From Camelus dromedarius (Eukaryota): a stretch of DNA of 64,000 nt. Shown in pieces: positions 37,461 to 51,053 of the stretch. Every line of letters begins with the position of its first letter. Position 1 is the stretch's first letter. Both the position numbers and the translations under genes were made by a program. The DNA is taken from the NCBI RefSeq assembly GCF_036321535.1, contig NC_087437.1, positions 104,224,001 through 104,288,000 on the forward strand. Direction: 5' to 3'. The notes under the pieces were generated by a model. That model did not search any database and was not told the origin of the DNA. It saw only the letters and a program-made list of their open reading frames with translations.

Positions 37461-39769
37461 AGCAATAAAAAGTCACTCCCCAATGCCCCCCCCCCAAACA
37501 AAAAGATTGACTCTTGTTACAAGTCAATTGATTCCAAGGCCTGAGAAGCAGGAGATCACTAGAATTGATCAGTCCTGACAATGATTCCCAGTAGTCCGCA
37601 AGAGTTTTGGGGAGTTGCTGATAAAAGAGTGTGAGGAACTCCCCCCTAAAAAAGTACAAATCATAGGTCCATAACATCTTGCCATAAAAAAAGAGAAAAA
37701 AGACATAGACAAGAATTTTAGCATACTCTGCCATGACTTTTCTCTAAGCTCAAGGAAAAAAAATATAAATCATCAAAAAACTTAATGTCTCTAATATTTC
37801 TAATGGAATATCCCTCTAAAGTTTTCTCCATATCTCTGTCTCTCAGAAAGCATCCTCTACTATTCTATATTCTCACCTGTTCACATAAATTGCTTTTTGT
37901 TTACAACACAATCACGTTCTCTCAAACCACAAAAGCAATAGTCACAGTATCATGTTAAACCTTTGATAAGTTATTGCAAGATGAAAATATGCTTTCACTC
38001 TGTCACAAAAATAGGCTACTTTCATTATGAGCGTTGGGTTGAAAAATTTTAAGAGTGCTAAAGAGCTGGAATTGGTGAACATGTCTATGCATCACTTAGA
38101 GAAGTTCAGCGAAAGTTTGTTAACAAGATGACATTTCATAAAGAGAAACGTGTTCCAATATGCAAATATTTTGAGATACGGAACACCTGCTTATTTTTAT
38201 TAGCAAATATATTGTTAGAAAATACTTGATTTCTTTCAAGTGATGATATTATACTACCAGTACTTATTTTATTCAGTAGTCATCTTAATCCAAAATGAAA
38301 TAAACTTCTCAGGTACATGATTATATTATGTCTGTGAACACTGGGCGGTCGAGTCACAATGCAAATGTAGCCTATATAAGCACATCTAGCAAACTTCCTT
38401 AGCAACATCATTCTTTTATGTGTTGTACATTCTGTAATATACAAATTTATTGTGTATCCAAGAATCTCAGTATACAGACCTGTATTCCACGAGATTAATA
38501 TGTAAAACTAATTGCAGTTTTCAATAGCTTTGCATGCGAACTAATTCACAATAAAAGGAGTCAAGCTAAGCACAATTTCTCTTATATTTCTCTTCATTAT
38601 ATTTCTCTTTCATTGCACAATGGATTAATTACCTTTGCACTCTACCCTATTTATAACAGCATTAGGAGGAATGAAATATTTTGAGAGAAATAAAAAGTGT
38701 CCTAATGAAGGCAATCATGTCAGTATTTAATTTCTCTAGGGGGTAAAAGTGGAACCCAAATAAAACAATCATCCATCTCCTTGAATATCGTTAATCTATT
38801 GTGCCCTTGATTATTAAGCCTTGAAACTTGTTCATATTTAATTAAGGCTGACTGGGCAGAAGTATTTTCTTTTTAACTGCATGGCTTTTTTTAACTACTC
38901 TCCTCCACATTATTTTAAATAAAAGCTGGTATAATTAACACCATTGTGTGCTGGAGAACTTAAGTACTTCGATATAAAGCATTTCATCAGTGCTGAAGGC
39001 AAGGCCATGTCCTCACCAATCATTAGGTTAACTTCTTTCAGAAACACTCTGAGCAGAAATTTCTTTATGAAATTAAATTGTTTAAGAATATATTGGTGTA
39101 CAATTTGAAACTGAAAAGATCATATTTTTTCCAAATTAGTAATAAAAATCATATCTGTATGCAATATAGTTCAGTCAAACTAGGAAGTGAGGTTTTCATC
39201 ATATTTCATTATATTTTGTGTAGTCATTTACAATTTTCTAAGATTAATTTCTATTTTCATATAGTATCCTTCATCTTTGTCATATGGAATGTCATATATT
39301 CCTTTGTATAAATATTGTAACCAGAATAGCATTATTACAAACTTACATTATTTTGAGTCAACTGACATACACAATTAGTTCTTTCCTAATATACAAAATA
39401 ATGACATGTTACTTAATACAAATTTAAAATATAATTAAAATATTCAATCAAAGTAGCTCTAAAAGTAGATTCAGAGTCTTAAATAAGTATTGAAATGTAT
39501 TTTGTAGTTAAAACTTACTGTTAGCTTACTTTGTATTTTAATATTGCCTCGTTAATCATGAATGATATTAATTGTTCATGGCAATTCAGATCTTCAATGT
39601 TTCTAGTTTATATCATACATTTAAATGGTTCATTGCAAGAGGAACAGCTAACCAGTATACATTGATTTTTCAGGTTTTTTTTAATATCAGCATTTTTTTT
39701 TTTTTTGCTGAAAATATGAGATTATCCAATAAGAGTGACTTACACAATGAAGGTATTTATCGTCTCTCT

Positions 39770-39915
39770 TATGTGGGCCAGCACATACCACAGGCTCGTG
39801 CTACACCTGCACAGTACTGGGCGCACATTCCCATCTGGTTAACAATAGTCACATACAGACTTTATTAAGAATGTACCCTCTAGGATTGCACTGTGCCAGG
39901 ATGCACAACCAAACA
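39770..39915. mobile_element. MER91-like hAT MITE (tentative)
   Basis: Decayed palindrome: ctgcacagtactgggcgcacattc...gaatgtaccctctaggattgcactgtgc...tgcacaacc. Confidence 0.45.
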
Positions 39916-40856
39916 CAGAAATCTTACTTAGTATTCTAGAACTGGGCAGATGAAAATTTCAACAGCTCAAAAACAACAGGGCAAATGCAACCCTTCCTCA
40001 TCTTTCTGGCCTGATACCACCCTCACTCTGCATCCTCTTTGGTTGGTGAAGATCTAATTGTCTCACTACTCTCTCCACAATAGGTGAAAGCAGGAAAAGA
40101 AGGGATTGGTGCTGGTTATTTGTCCTGATGTGCTTTACTCTTTTAAATTGGAGAACAAAATCTTCCACCACATCACAGCTACAGAGTTCCACTTATATCT
40201 CGTTGACCAGAAGTATTCATAACTTTTTCTAGACCAATGATTAACAAAAGGGAACACAATTATAGTGACATGCCTGCAGTAAGCACTTGGCTGCAGAAAC
40301 AAAATCATAGTTCTGAAATCTAAATGAGAAAAGAGAAACGGCCCACTTGATGGGGTTTTAAAAGGATCGGCCACATGCATCCCCATTAGTGATCAAAGGA
40401 TGGCATCCCAAATGTTGTACTGACTTAATTGAAAATTGTTGTGAAACGCTGAACTTGTTACTAAGAAATGTTATTTTCAAGGAAGGTTTGTTTAAAAAAA
40501 AAAAAAAACTAGCTTCAAATGTATCAGAGCTTATTTTAGACACTTATTAAGTAATTTTCTGAAAGAAAGTAAATGTAGCCACAACGTACAAATCAAACTT
40601 TTATCTGGAGAATCTGAAGGCAAAAATATATGGCGAGCACAATCAGCACTGATGGAAAAGAATACCACAAATATTTCTTATGTCATTGGTTGTACAAACT
40701 ACACATTTTCTCTGAACAAGGAAGATAAGAAGGGAAATTATTTGAAGCTTAAGAGGTCATAGCTTAGCATGGTAGAAAGAAATGGAATTAGTAGAGCAGA
40801 TCACAGCTGAAAAAAGCAAATAAACCTTTTGTTATCAAGACAGTGCCACAGTGAGA

Positions 40857-41243
40857 TATTGACCTAAGCAAACAGACTGTCAGATATTTCTCCAGCAAAA
40901 AGAGGTTTATTCAAGATCAGCAAAGAATTGCAATTCACGGTCTGCAATGATGACGAGCCACATGCAAGTCCCTCTACGACAAGGAGAGAATTATTTTAAA
41001 GAAAAGAAAAGAAAGTTGGGAGTGCTAGAGTAAACAAAAAGTCCACTGGAGGAATTGAAGGTTTAATGTACAGTGGCTTTTCATTGGTGGAGTTGGGACC
41101 TCCCATTGGCTGAGCTCTTCCCAGGCAAGAAGAAATCTTTCTTTTTCCTGTTGGGCTCTGTTATCCTCCAAACGTGTGGGAGCTTCCCTTTTTGGTTTCC
41201 CAACTTTATTTTAATTTAAGTTTCTGTTTATTAATATTTTACA
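40857..41243 (-). mobile_element. ERV1-class solo LTR
   Basis: Reverse complement shares gaattgcaattctttgctgatc and tttgctggagaaata with 56460-56576. Confidence 0.7.
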
Positions 41244-44200
41244 GGGACAACACTAAACATTTTCAATTCTTGTGCTGCATTTATTAACCCTGAAGTGGAT
41301 TGTATGTCAGTGGGGGAAAAGAAACTTGAATGACATTCTTACCAACATTACCTATTGTACAGAGGTTGTTCTCACAGAAAAATTAGGCTTCTCTTAGAAA
41401 AAAGAAAAGGAAGAGATGAGGGGAAGAAAAATATCATGTTCACTATATTCCATTCTTTTCTTGACCAACACTCACATACCATCCTTCACATTCATTTATT
41501 TCAAAATTTTATCTGCCAAACAATGTGTGCTAACTGAATCCATATTCAGTTCTTACTCATAGAGCTATAATCTGATATCTTCTATTTAGTGCATTCCGGG
41601 ACACGTGGTAGTACTCTCCCCTACTTGTAAACTGTTTTTGTCCTTATTAAGATAAACTAAATGGAAATGTGTTCATATGAATCCCTATGTAGAATGGTGG
41701 AAGGCAGAAATGAAATATGGAACATTTATACACATGCTTAGATGTGCACATACATCCACTATAAAAAAGGAAATGCAAGTACAGGTTATGGTCTTCATGT
41801 ATTTATATAATTGATTACAATCTGAGACTGGTTTCCATGAACTCCACTCTGATAATCCATGCCATCATTCCCGTGTTTTTTATCCAGCATTTCAGATAAT
41901 TCTGTGGGATCTTTGCTTAGTCCAGGAAAAAGACTCAGCTTCAAGGACTTTTGCTGGGTATGTTCAAAAGGTCTTCCATAACTGTACTAGTGGCACAATA
42001 GGAAAAGAAGGCACATTGGCACATTCCTTGGATACGGTGAAGACTCATATCGGATTCTGTCTTGTAGCTCTAACTTTGTTTTTGCTTAAGATTCAGAGCC
42101 AATAACTTCAAGCAAAACCCAACTCTCATTTAGCACCTGTTTACAAAAAATACTTAGGTTAATGCTCAGCTTCCCACTTAATGTCTTTATTCATTTTCCC
42201 CATGTGAAAATATTGTCATTTGGAGAATCTAAATTTCTAAACAAAGAAGAGGGTACAATTTTTAACAGAAATTGACAACTCTTATTAGAGCATCATTGAA
42301 GCCACGGTGTTTCTCATTATTTATCTTGCATGGTTTTTTATGTGTTGGGTGCTTGTTTATATGTTCCAATACATATGTGTGTTTTTCATTTTTCTCTACT
42401 TTTGTGGTCCCTTCTGTGTTCCTTCTAATTCCTTTTCTTCCTATTTTTCTTCTGCCTATAGTATAGAACTGATATATTTATAGACTTAGTTTTGAATATA
42501 AACACACTTGGCATTCTGTCTCTTTAAGTATATAGATGCACAAGCAAAACATGGTATATTTTTATTTCAATCTAAAATTCTAGGAGAAAATGGTTTTCAG
42601 TTACTTTAAATGTTTCTCACTCTAGATCTAATAAATGTACTTTCCAGCGCTCTGAAGTTCTTTTGCTTTTCATAAATAAATACAAATACACAAACAAACA
42701 AAATATATCACAGGAGGTGATTTAAAGTGATAAGCAGGATAAGAAAGTTGTGAAATAGGTTATTTCTAGATCTATTTGGACGTTAAAAGAAAAACAGGTC
42801 TTATAATCATGTTGAAATTTAGTTCCTAAGCATAGATAAAGAAAAGCATAATGAAGTAAAATTCTAGATTCTTGAGTTTTAGTCTAAGTGGAATAGAAGC
42901 ACCCTTAAGATTCTTATCTTGATAAAATAGAATTTTTCTGTTACACTTTCAAGGTCAACAGATTTACAACGTTGAAACTGAATTTCAAAACGCTTTGTAG
43001 CAAAATTCACAGATGTGAGCCATTATAATAGAAATTTGCTTAGGGTGGCAATATAGAAAAATTATGTAAATGTATAATATTTGGCTGTTCCCAGGACAAA
43101 ATACTTATGAGATTTTTTGAAGTATTTTCTTCTGCAGCAAGTTTATGGGGATAAAATGTTTTGGGTTTACTTAATATCATAGCTTTGCCATAGTAACAAG
43201 AATAAATACAATCTTAAAATCTGTAGGGCTCTAAACATGAGTTAAATGGTCTTGGATAATGATTTTCATTATAATGATATTAATTTATTTTACATAAATA
43301 CATGTTAATGTTGTAAAATATTATATAAAATAGTTTAATATTCAGAATTAGTAATTTCCAAAAACAGCTTTGAAAATAGGTGATCATATAAGTTATTACA
43401 CAAAAAGTAACTGTGATAACTACTTTTAATTCATGGTATAATAGAAGTTTCAAACAAATTTTAATAGCCAATATAACAAAATATTTTTATTTGAATGTAT
43501 TCACAATTTGAATCCCATGTTAGATGTTTCAAATAAATGAATTTCATTTAAAAGGCATCTACATAATTTTATACTAACGTAATTACACATTTTTTCATAG
43601 AAACTTGTGTTTGAAGAGATCTGAACTAGGGATATTTTAGGGGAAAAATTAGAAAATAAGTTTTCTACAAATTCTTTGAGAGTAGTTACAATGGTGGTAA
43701 CTATTTTATGCACTTCAAATTGCCTAGAACAAATCAATGTACTACAAGAGACATCTGACATAGACTTGTTAATGACTAAAAGAAATAAAATGAAATATTA
43801 CTATTATAAACTCAATCACTAAATACAAATGTATTTAAGCCACCTTTTTTGTAAAATACATTCTATATTTAGAGATTTTTCACTGTCTTTACATATATAC
43901 TCAAAGACATTCACACAGAGTAATCAACTCCTCAAGGAAGAACAAAAGTTATAAAATCATTGAAACATGCATTTTAAAACTTGTAAAGAAGGAGTTTGCC
44001 TTGTTGAGTAGGTCGGTGTAATGGCTAATATGTGCTTATGTGAAAATAAACATAACTGACCATTGTAACACCCTGATATTTCATATTGAGAAATATCTTT
44101 ATACTTCTCTCAACCCCTTATACAATGTCTATGATTAAAATGGATATACATAAAAGAGATCTGAATTTTTATGAATTTAACAAATAAAAGTATTATAACA

Positions 44201-45079
44201 TAAAAATCATTTTTTAAAGGCAGGATGAGTATGTACTACAGGCTTGTATTGTCATGTAAAAATGATAAAGAACCAAGGTTTGAATGGTAGTTTCAGAATT
44301 TAGATTTAAGTCATCATACAGGCAATTTTTCTTGGTGTTTTATAGGGTTAAGAGTATTTCTAAGAAAAAAAAAGTAGAGGCTATATTCAAGTAGAGATAT
44401 TTAAGCATATTTACTTAGGAAGAGTATGACACATTGCTCAAATTCAATACAGTTTACATTCACAAATTATTATTTCTGGCTACTGATAATTTCATAGCAT
44501 TATAATGCCATAGACGTCAAAGGTAAAGAACAGGAATCTAAAGTCTGTTGAAAAAAGAATAAGAGAGTCCAAAGCAAGAGATAATGCAGGTAAAATGCAT
44601 CTCTACGTCAGCAGTTAAAGCACTGTGCTCTTTGGATTCCCTCGTCATGGCATTCCCACGTGTGCACATAAATGCTTAGACACATTGAAATTCCCTTCTT
44701 GAATTGTGTGTTACATTTTTGTGTGTTTGTATTTGTTTGCAAAAACTAGTATTTGCATAAAACAGTTTTTTCTTAGCCAGATCCCACTATAAATTTTTAT
44801 TTCAAATATCCATCTAACATTAATCAAGTCTTGAAATTGATTAGTTGTTCCTGTTTATTTTAGGATTACTTCTCTTAATTTGGCACGGGACCTTCAAGAA
44901 TTCCAGGTGTAAACAAATCACACCTCTTCACATGGAAAAGTCTTTGTTCGGGACAAATCTTCATAGCCTGAAATGACAATTTAAATCTGGGCTCAACCCC
45001 AAAGATACTGCTTAGTCATAACTGGACCAGTGAACAACCCACCAGTATAAGTGGGAAGGGTTCAGTGGCATCTCTAGCT

Positions 45080-45330
45080 CACAGCTGTGCCTTTTGGAGC
45101 TAGATTTCCTGAGTTAGAATCCTTCTGGCATTACCACTTGTGTGACCTTAGGTTGGTCACCTAATCTCATTAAGTCACTGGTGCCTTATCTCCAAACTGG
45201 GGATGAAAAATAACACCTATGCTATGGGTTCTAAAGGATAAATTAATTCATTCATTTAATGTTATTAAATGTAATGCAATTAAAACAATTCTAGGACTGA
45301 AAATTCTCAGTAAATATTAGCCACATTTAT
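45080..45330 (+). mobile_element. MIR
   Basis: ttggagctagatttcctgagttagaatcc...gtgtgaccttaggttggtcacctaatctc...ctcagtaaatattagc. Confidence 0.75.
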
Positions 45331-45429
45331 TATCTCTTAAAGAAGGTTCATTCTAAATATACCCAGTTCTAAGGATTTTCCTTCCTTATTAAGTTATTAA
45401 GGAATGTAAAAATGATAAAGACAATTATG

Positions 45430-45640
45430 AATTATGTGCTCTGGAGGTAGACTGCCTGGGCTCTGCCACTTACCAGGTGTGTGACCTTACATTGGTTATT
45501 TAGCATCTCTAAGCCTCAGTATTTTTTTTACGTAAAATAGGGTAAATAATAGTGAGTGCTTAACTCACAGAGTTGTGTGAGGTATAAAGAATCAATACAT
45601 TTAAAGCACTTGGTAAGCAGTTAACATATACATATTATCA
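45430..45640 (+). mobile_element. MIR
   Basis: gctctggaggtagactgcctgggctctgccacttaccaggtgtgtgacctt...ctctaagcctcagt. Confidence 0.8.
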
Positions 45641-48034
45641 CCACCATACTATATTTTTAATGAAAAAAATAACTATTTTTTATTTTAAATAAAATATTGT
45701 CACTGTCAGACCTTGACATTGTCACTGTCAGAAAGTTGTGTGTGTGTGTATATATCTTTATGTTTTTCATGAACTTAATTTTTTTTTTATGAGAGAAAAA
45801 AAATCATCTGAAAATATTTGTGGTACTCTTTCAATAAAAAGAAAACAACATAGCTATTTATACAACTTTGTCCTAATCTTGATTTTGGACTATGTTGTAC
45901 AGTAGAGTGGAAAAAATTAAATTAAGTCGATTAACTTAAAAATGTGACAGTTTCAGGGGGAAAATATCCTATCTCTAAACACAAAGTTCTGTAAAACCAA
46001 ATTATACAAAAGAAAAATACCTATTAAAAACTTCCAGCATAAACTACGATAATATATGTGTGTCAGTTCCTAGCCCAAAAATAAAAATAAAGAGGATAGT
46101 TAAAATAAAAGTTATTAAAATTCCTTTCTCCAGAGACATGCAACAAAATAACAGGAAGAAGCAAGGAAGACGGGAAGTCACTGCAGATAAGAGGCGGCCA
46201 GCAATGTACATGAGAAAGCTAGATGGAAAAGGAGCCACAGTGGAGAAAATAAAAGAAATACTATAAAAAGTGTACTTTAAATAAAGAACGTATTTAAATG
46301 CCATCTTGAGAAATAATTCAAAATCATATTTAATGCTGTAACAAATTTTGGAAAGGCAATTATAGTACACTGCATGCCTGCTCATTAATATTTTCTTTAT
46401 GCTGACCATTTAAGTGGGCAGACGTGTTTTGAATAGTTTTTCCTTTTCTTCGTCCTGACTGAGCTCCACTATATTTCGCTGAATGCTGATTATTACCTCT
46501 CAAGACGTTCACTGCCCAATGCATTATTTTTCCTCCTTGTCTTTCATTTGCAGGCTACCTTGAGTTATTCTACGGAGAATAGTGTGAACATAAGATAACA
46601 CACAATTTTATCTCACTCGATGGTCCCGAGAATTGTCAAGCATGGTAGTAATTTGCATTTTGGTCCTATTATAATGTGAATAATTCTGGTCATTATTTAT
46701 TGAAAAGCATTAGACATTAAGAAATGGACATATGAAACAAACAAAAAAGGTGTTTTCTGCAATCTTTTGGAACTCTGGCTCAGGTTCTGAGTATCTAACA
46801 AGTTATGTTTTTCTCCTATTCAGATCCTTTTTTTTTTTCCCTCCAAAGTCTAGGTTGCAAAGATAAAACACACTCTGTTTCTTATTAATAGTTGTACCAA
46901 ATGGTTCTGATGTCATACTGTGTATGATTGGAAAATTACAGACTTGGTTAATTATTTTACTCATGTAATTCTGGAGTTTTTTAAAAAGGGCTTTATTATA
47001 ATTTGAATTTTAAATTTATACATATACTTAACTTTTCACATGTATCAAACCAACAATAACTGACATTGTTACTTTTAAATTAACAGGAGATTTTCCTTCT
47101 CGTGTTTGGACCATATTCATAATTTTACATCATTTAGATTATAAACTCACTGCAAACTTACTGTATAAAGGAGAAAAATGATAAAAATAGACAATAATTC
47201 CACATCTTAGGGATAACCATCTATAATATTTCTGTTTTTTTGACATTAAATAAAGGAGCTATAAAATTTTATGCTGTTTTTTTTTTTACTGAAAAATTAG
47301 AAACAATGTGTTTTCCTTTTAATAAAGATATTTCCATAGTGTCCTTTCAACAATACATAACATACATTAAGTGTTAAAGGTAAGTCAGAAATTGTTCTTA
47401 GCCATAAATTGTATTATTACAATGAATCTTTAAGTCGCCTTATGAGACAGTTGGGAATGATTGTCACCACTTATTCTCTCTTACTGATGAAGACATAGAA
47501 TCACAGACACTTTGAAAACTTGGCCTTGTACCTACAAAAATATGAAAGTGAGAATTTGAAGCCAGGCAGATGAAGTCCTGAGCCTGAACAGTTAAAAGTA
47601 GACATGTCTATTTAAAACCTCCCAAATATTTGATTATACACCTAAGCTATACTTTAACTCAACTCTCATAGTTGGACATTTTCTTTAAAAACAAAATTGT
47701 TACTGTGAACAATTCTAGAAGTTTTGCCATCACAGAGCATTAATATTTTCTTTAAGTTTTCAAATTCCATAGAGTAGATATAATATTCTATACTGTAATT
47801 TGCATTCCTTGAATTGCAAGTGAGTTAAACTGTTAATGCAATTTTATTGGTAAATTTAATTGCCGTTATTGTTCTGTGAATACATTTTATGAATTTTCAA
47901 ATTTATGTAAGTTTGATTCTGTCTCTCTTGTATATTTGAGTGCTTCTCCACTTCTTAAAGGATATGAATGTAGCCTCCCACTGCCCATGTTTTCTTTCCA
48001 GATACAAGTTTGAATTAATTTGTTTAAAACAAAT

Positions 48035-48680
48035 GAATAAAGAAAGAATATGTATGTGAATGGAAAAAAATAATATTCAGCATTAAAATATTATTCAGCA
48101 TTTAAAAGAAAGGAAATTGTCTCATTTAGGACACCACTGATGAACCCTGGAGGACATTATGCTAAGTGAAATAAGACATACAAAAACAAATACTGAATGA
48201 TCTAATCTATACATGGAATCTCAAATAGTCAAACCCAGAAGCAGAGAGTAGAATGGTAGTTGTCAGGGTCTGGGGGAGGGAAAATTAGGCTACGTTGGTC
48301 AAAGTGCATAAATTTTCAGTTATGCACGATGAGTAAGTTCTGGAGATCTAATGTAGAGCACGATGAAAGTCATTAACAATATTGCATTGTATAATTGAAA
48401 ATCGCTAAGAGGGTAGACCTTAAGCATTCCCACTACAAAGAAAAAAAAAAGGAAATTAAGGGAAAGAAAGAAATGGAGAGAGGGAAAGGCTGAAAGGAAG
48501 AAAAAGAAGGAAGGAAGGAAGTGGTCATTATGTGAGATGATGGATATATTAATTAGCTTGATTATTATGATCATTTCAGAATGTATATTTATATGAAAAC
48601 ATCAAGTTCTACACCTTAACTATATATAATTTTTTTCTTTGCCAATTACACCTCAATAAACCTACAAAGTGAAAAAAATG
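48035..48680 (+). mobile_element. L1MA-type 3' UTR with purine-rich insert
   Basis: ctggaggacattatgctaagtgaaataag...gatgagtaagttctggagatctaatgt...acacctcaataaa. Confidence 0.85.
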
Positions 48681-48739
48681 AAAACGAGTTAGAGTTTATA
48701 TGTCTAACTATGGCTAAGATTTCTCTATGATGTTTTTGC

Positions 48740-48870
48740 CTATATGTATATCTTAAGATTATATATTTCTTACATATATAACATCTTATATATATTTATA
48801 CCTTATATATATCTTATACAATTATATATATATTATAAATATATATTTGTATCTTATATATTTATATCTT
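48740..48870. repeat. TA-rich low-complexity tract
   Basis: Degenerate (tatatatctta)n. Confidence 0.8.
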
Positions 48871-48959
48871 AAGAAACAAAAATGAAAAAGAAGAAGAAAA
48901 ATGTGAAAGAGGTGGAAATATAAGTAACATAAATAAATAAGTAGGCATCACATGCCCTT

Positions 48960-49924
48960 AGAAAATGATAACTCAGTTGTAAAATTGTAAATTCCTTTTG
49001 AATTATTTTATAATGCAAATCAATCAAAATTTTGAAACAATATATATTTTGGGGGAGGAAGCAGTTAACAAGATGATTCTAGAGTTCATCTGATAAAGTG
49101 AGTGATAAATGAATGCAGATAATCATGAAAATTCAAGGAAAAGGAGATTAACAAGAAGATATACTACTAGAAAATAAGGCATAAGACTAGACAGTAATGG
49201 AAACCTTATAGTAGTATTAACTGAGAAATAGTGAGTCAATGAAGATAATTAGAATATCTAAGATAAATACAAACACACAAGATAATTTACTATAAGATAA
49301 AGATGAAATTGCTATTAGTAGAGGTAAGTTTTACTATTCAATAAATTATGTTTGGAAAAATTATTAGTTATGTAGGAACAAATATAATAATATTAATAAT
49401 GCTTTATCACTACTTTTATCATAATGCTAGATTATACTCACATTGTACTCCAATTTAGGTATAACTATACTTATACATATGGTTTGCTATGGTATTTCTA
49501 AGCATTGCACAGAAGCTAGAAAGACATGTCTGTCTACATAATGATGAAATACTTGTTTCGTTGAAAAAATACAAAAAATAAACACTAAATGACATGCTTC
49601 AAAAAATGTATCACATCTGACAGATAAAGGCTAATTAAATTTAAAAGATAAACTGCAGTCAGAAATTAACATAGTAAAAAAGGAGTAAACACCTTTAGAA
49701 AAAATTAGGCAAATATATGAACTGATATTTAATGCAAAATAAATACAGACATCTAATTAATACATGGAAACTATTTCTTAATTAAGAAATGCAAATTAAA
49801 ACATTAAGGGACACCAGCATTCATTTGTCATTCTGTCACTATATGAAAATGTGATCAATACCTAGTATAGACAAAGTATATAGAGAGAAGAGCTTTTGTT
49901 CTTTGGAAGGTAGTATAAACTGGT
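48960..49924 (+). mobile_element. Ancient L1 ORF2 remnant
   Basis: acaagatgattctagagttcat...tattcaataaattatgtttggaaaa...aagaaatgcaaattaaaaca...gtataaactggt. Confidence 0.65.
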
Positions 49925-50181
49925 TTAAGAAGCCATGACAGCTCAGAGAGAGGAAATTCAGGTGCTGACCCTGGGTGTTAGAGCCCTGTGGTGTGAGGAG
50001 GGTGTCCCTGCTCGGAAGAGAGCCCAGGCCTGAGAGGTGGGGGTGGCTGACCCACTCAAGGTTTTAAAGCCCAGCCGGAAGAAGACTGAATGGGTTATTT
50101 CTTCAAATCTTGCATCTTGGGAAGAAGCAGGCTCCCTATTTAAAATCTCTCCCCAAATTTAGGAGTCATATATCAACATAA

Positions 50182-51053
50182 CTCATGAAAAGATGCTCAA
50201 CATCAGTAATCATCAGAGAAATGCAGTTTAAAATCATGAGATAAGACTTCACACCTGTCAAAATAACTATGATCAAAAAGACCACAAATAACAAATGTTG
50301 ACAAGGACTGGGAGAAAAGGGAACCTTTGTACACTGTTGGTGGGAATGTAAATCGGTGCAACCACTATGGAAAACAGTATGGATGTTTCTCAAAAAACTA
50401 AAATAGAACTACCATATGACCCAGTAATTCCATTCTTGTGAATTTATCCCCAAATCCCCAAAATGAAAACACTAATTTGAAAAGAAACGTACATCCCACT
50501 GTTCATAGCAGCATTATTTACAATTCCCAAGATATGGAAACAACCTCAGTGCCCATCAACAGATAAATGGATAAAGAAGATGTGGTATATATGTACAATG
50601 GAATACTACTCAGCCATGAAAAGAATGAAATATTGCTATTTGCAACAACAAGGATGAACTTGAAAGGTATTTTGCTAAGTCAAATAAGTCAGACAGATAA
50701 AGACAAATACTGCATAATATCAGTCATATGTAGAATCTAAAAAAATACAACAAACTAGTGAATATAACAAAAAAGAAACAGACTCAGATACAGAGAACAA
50801 ACTAGTGGTTATCAGTGGGGAGAGGGAGGGAGGAAGGGCACTATTGTGGTAGGGGACTAAGAATTACAAACTGCTATGTGTAAAATAAATAAGCTACAAG
50901 GATATATATATAGTAAAATACAGGGAATAAAGTCAGTATTTTATAATAACTGTAAATGGGATATAACCTTTACAAATTGTGAATCACTATGTTGTACGTC
51001 TGAAGCTTATATAATATTGTACATCAACTATACCTCGATTGAAAGAAAAAAAA
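50182..51053 (+). mobile_element. L1 ORF2 C-terminus and 3' UTR
   Basis: catgaaaagatgctcaacatcagtaatcatcagagaaatgca...gtacatcaactatacctcgattgaaagaaaaaaaa. Confidence 0.92.

Noticed and set aside
37116..37544. 142-aa ORF
   Set aside because: Lies in a decayed L2; no recognisable domain
46044..46409. 121-aa minus-strand ORF and a basic 68-aa plus-strand ORF
   Set aside because: Composition-driven and unrecognised
46553..46644. Strong plus-strand acceptor (ttttcctccttgtctttcatttgcAG) followed by a possible exon
   Set aside because: Stops in all three frames and only a weak donor; a non-coding exon cannot be excluded but is unsupported
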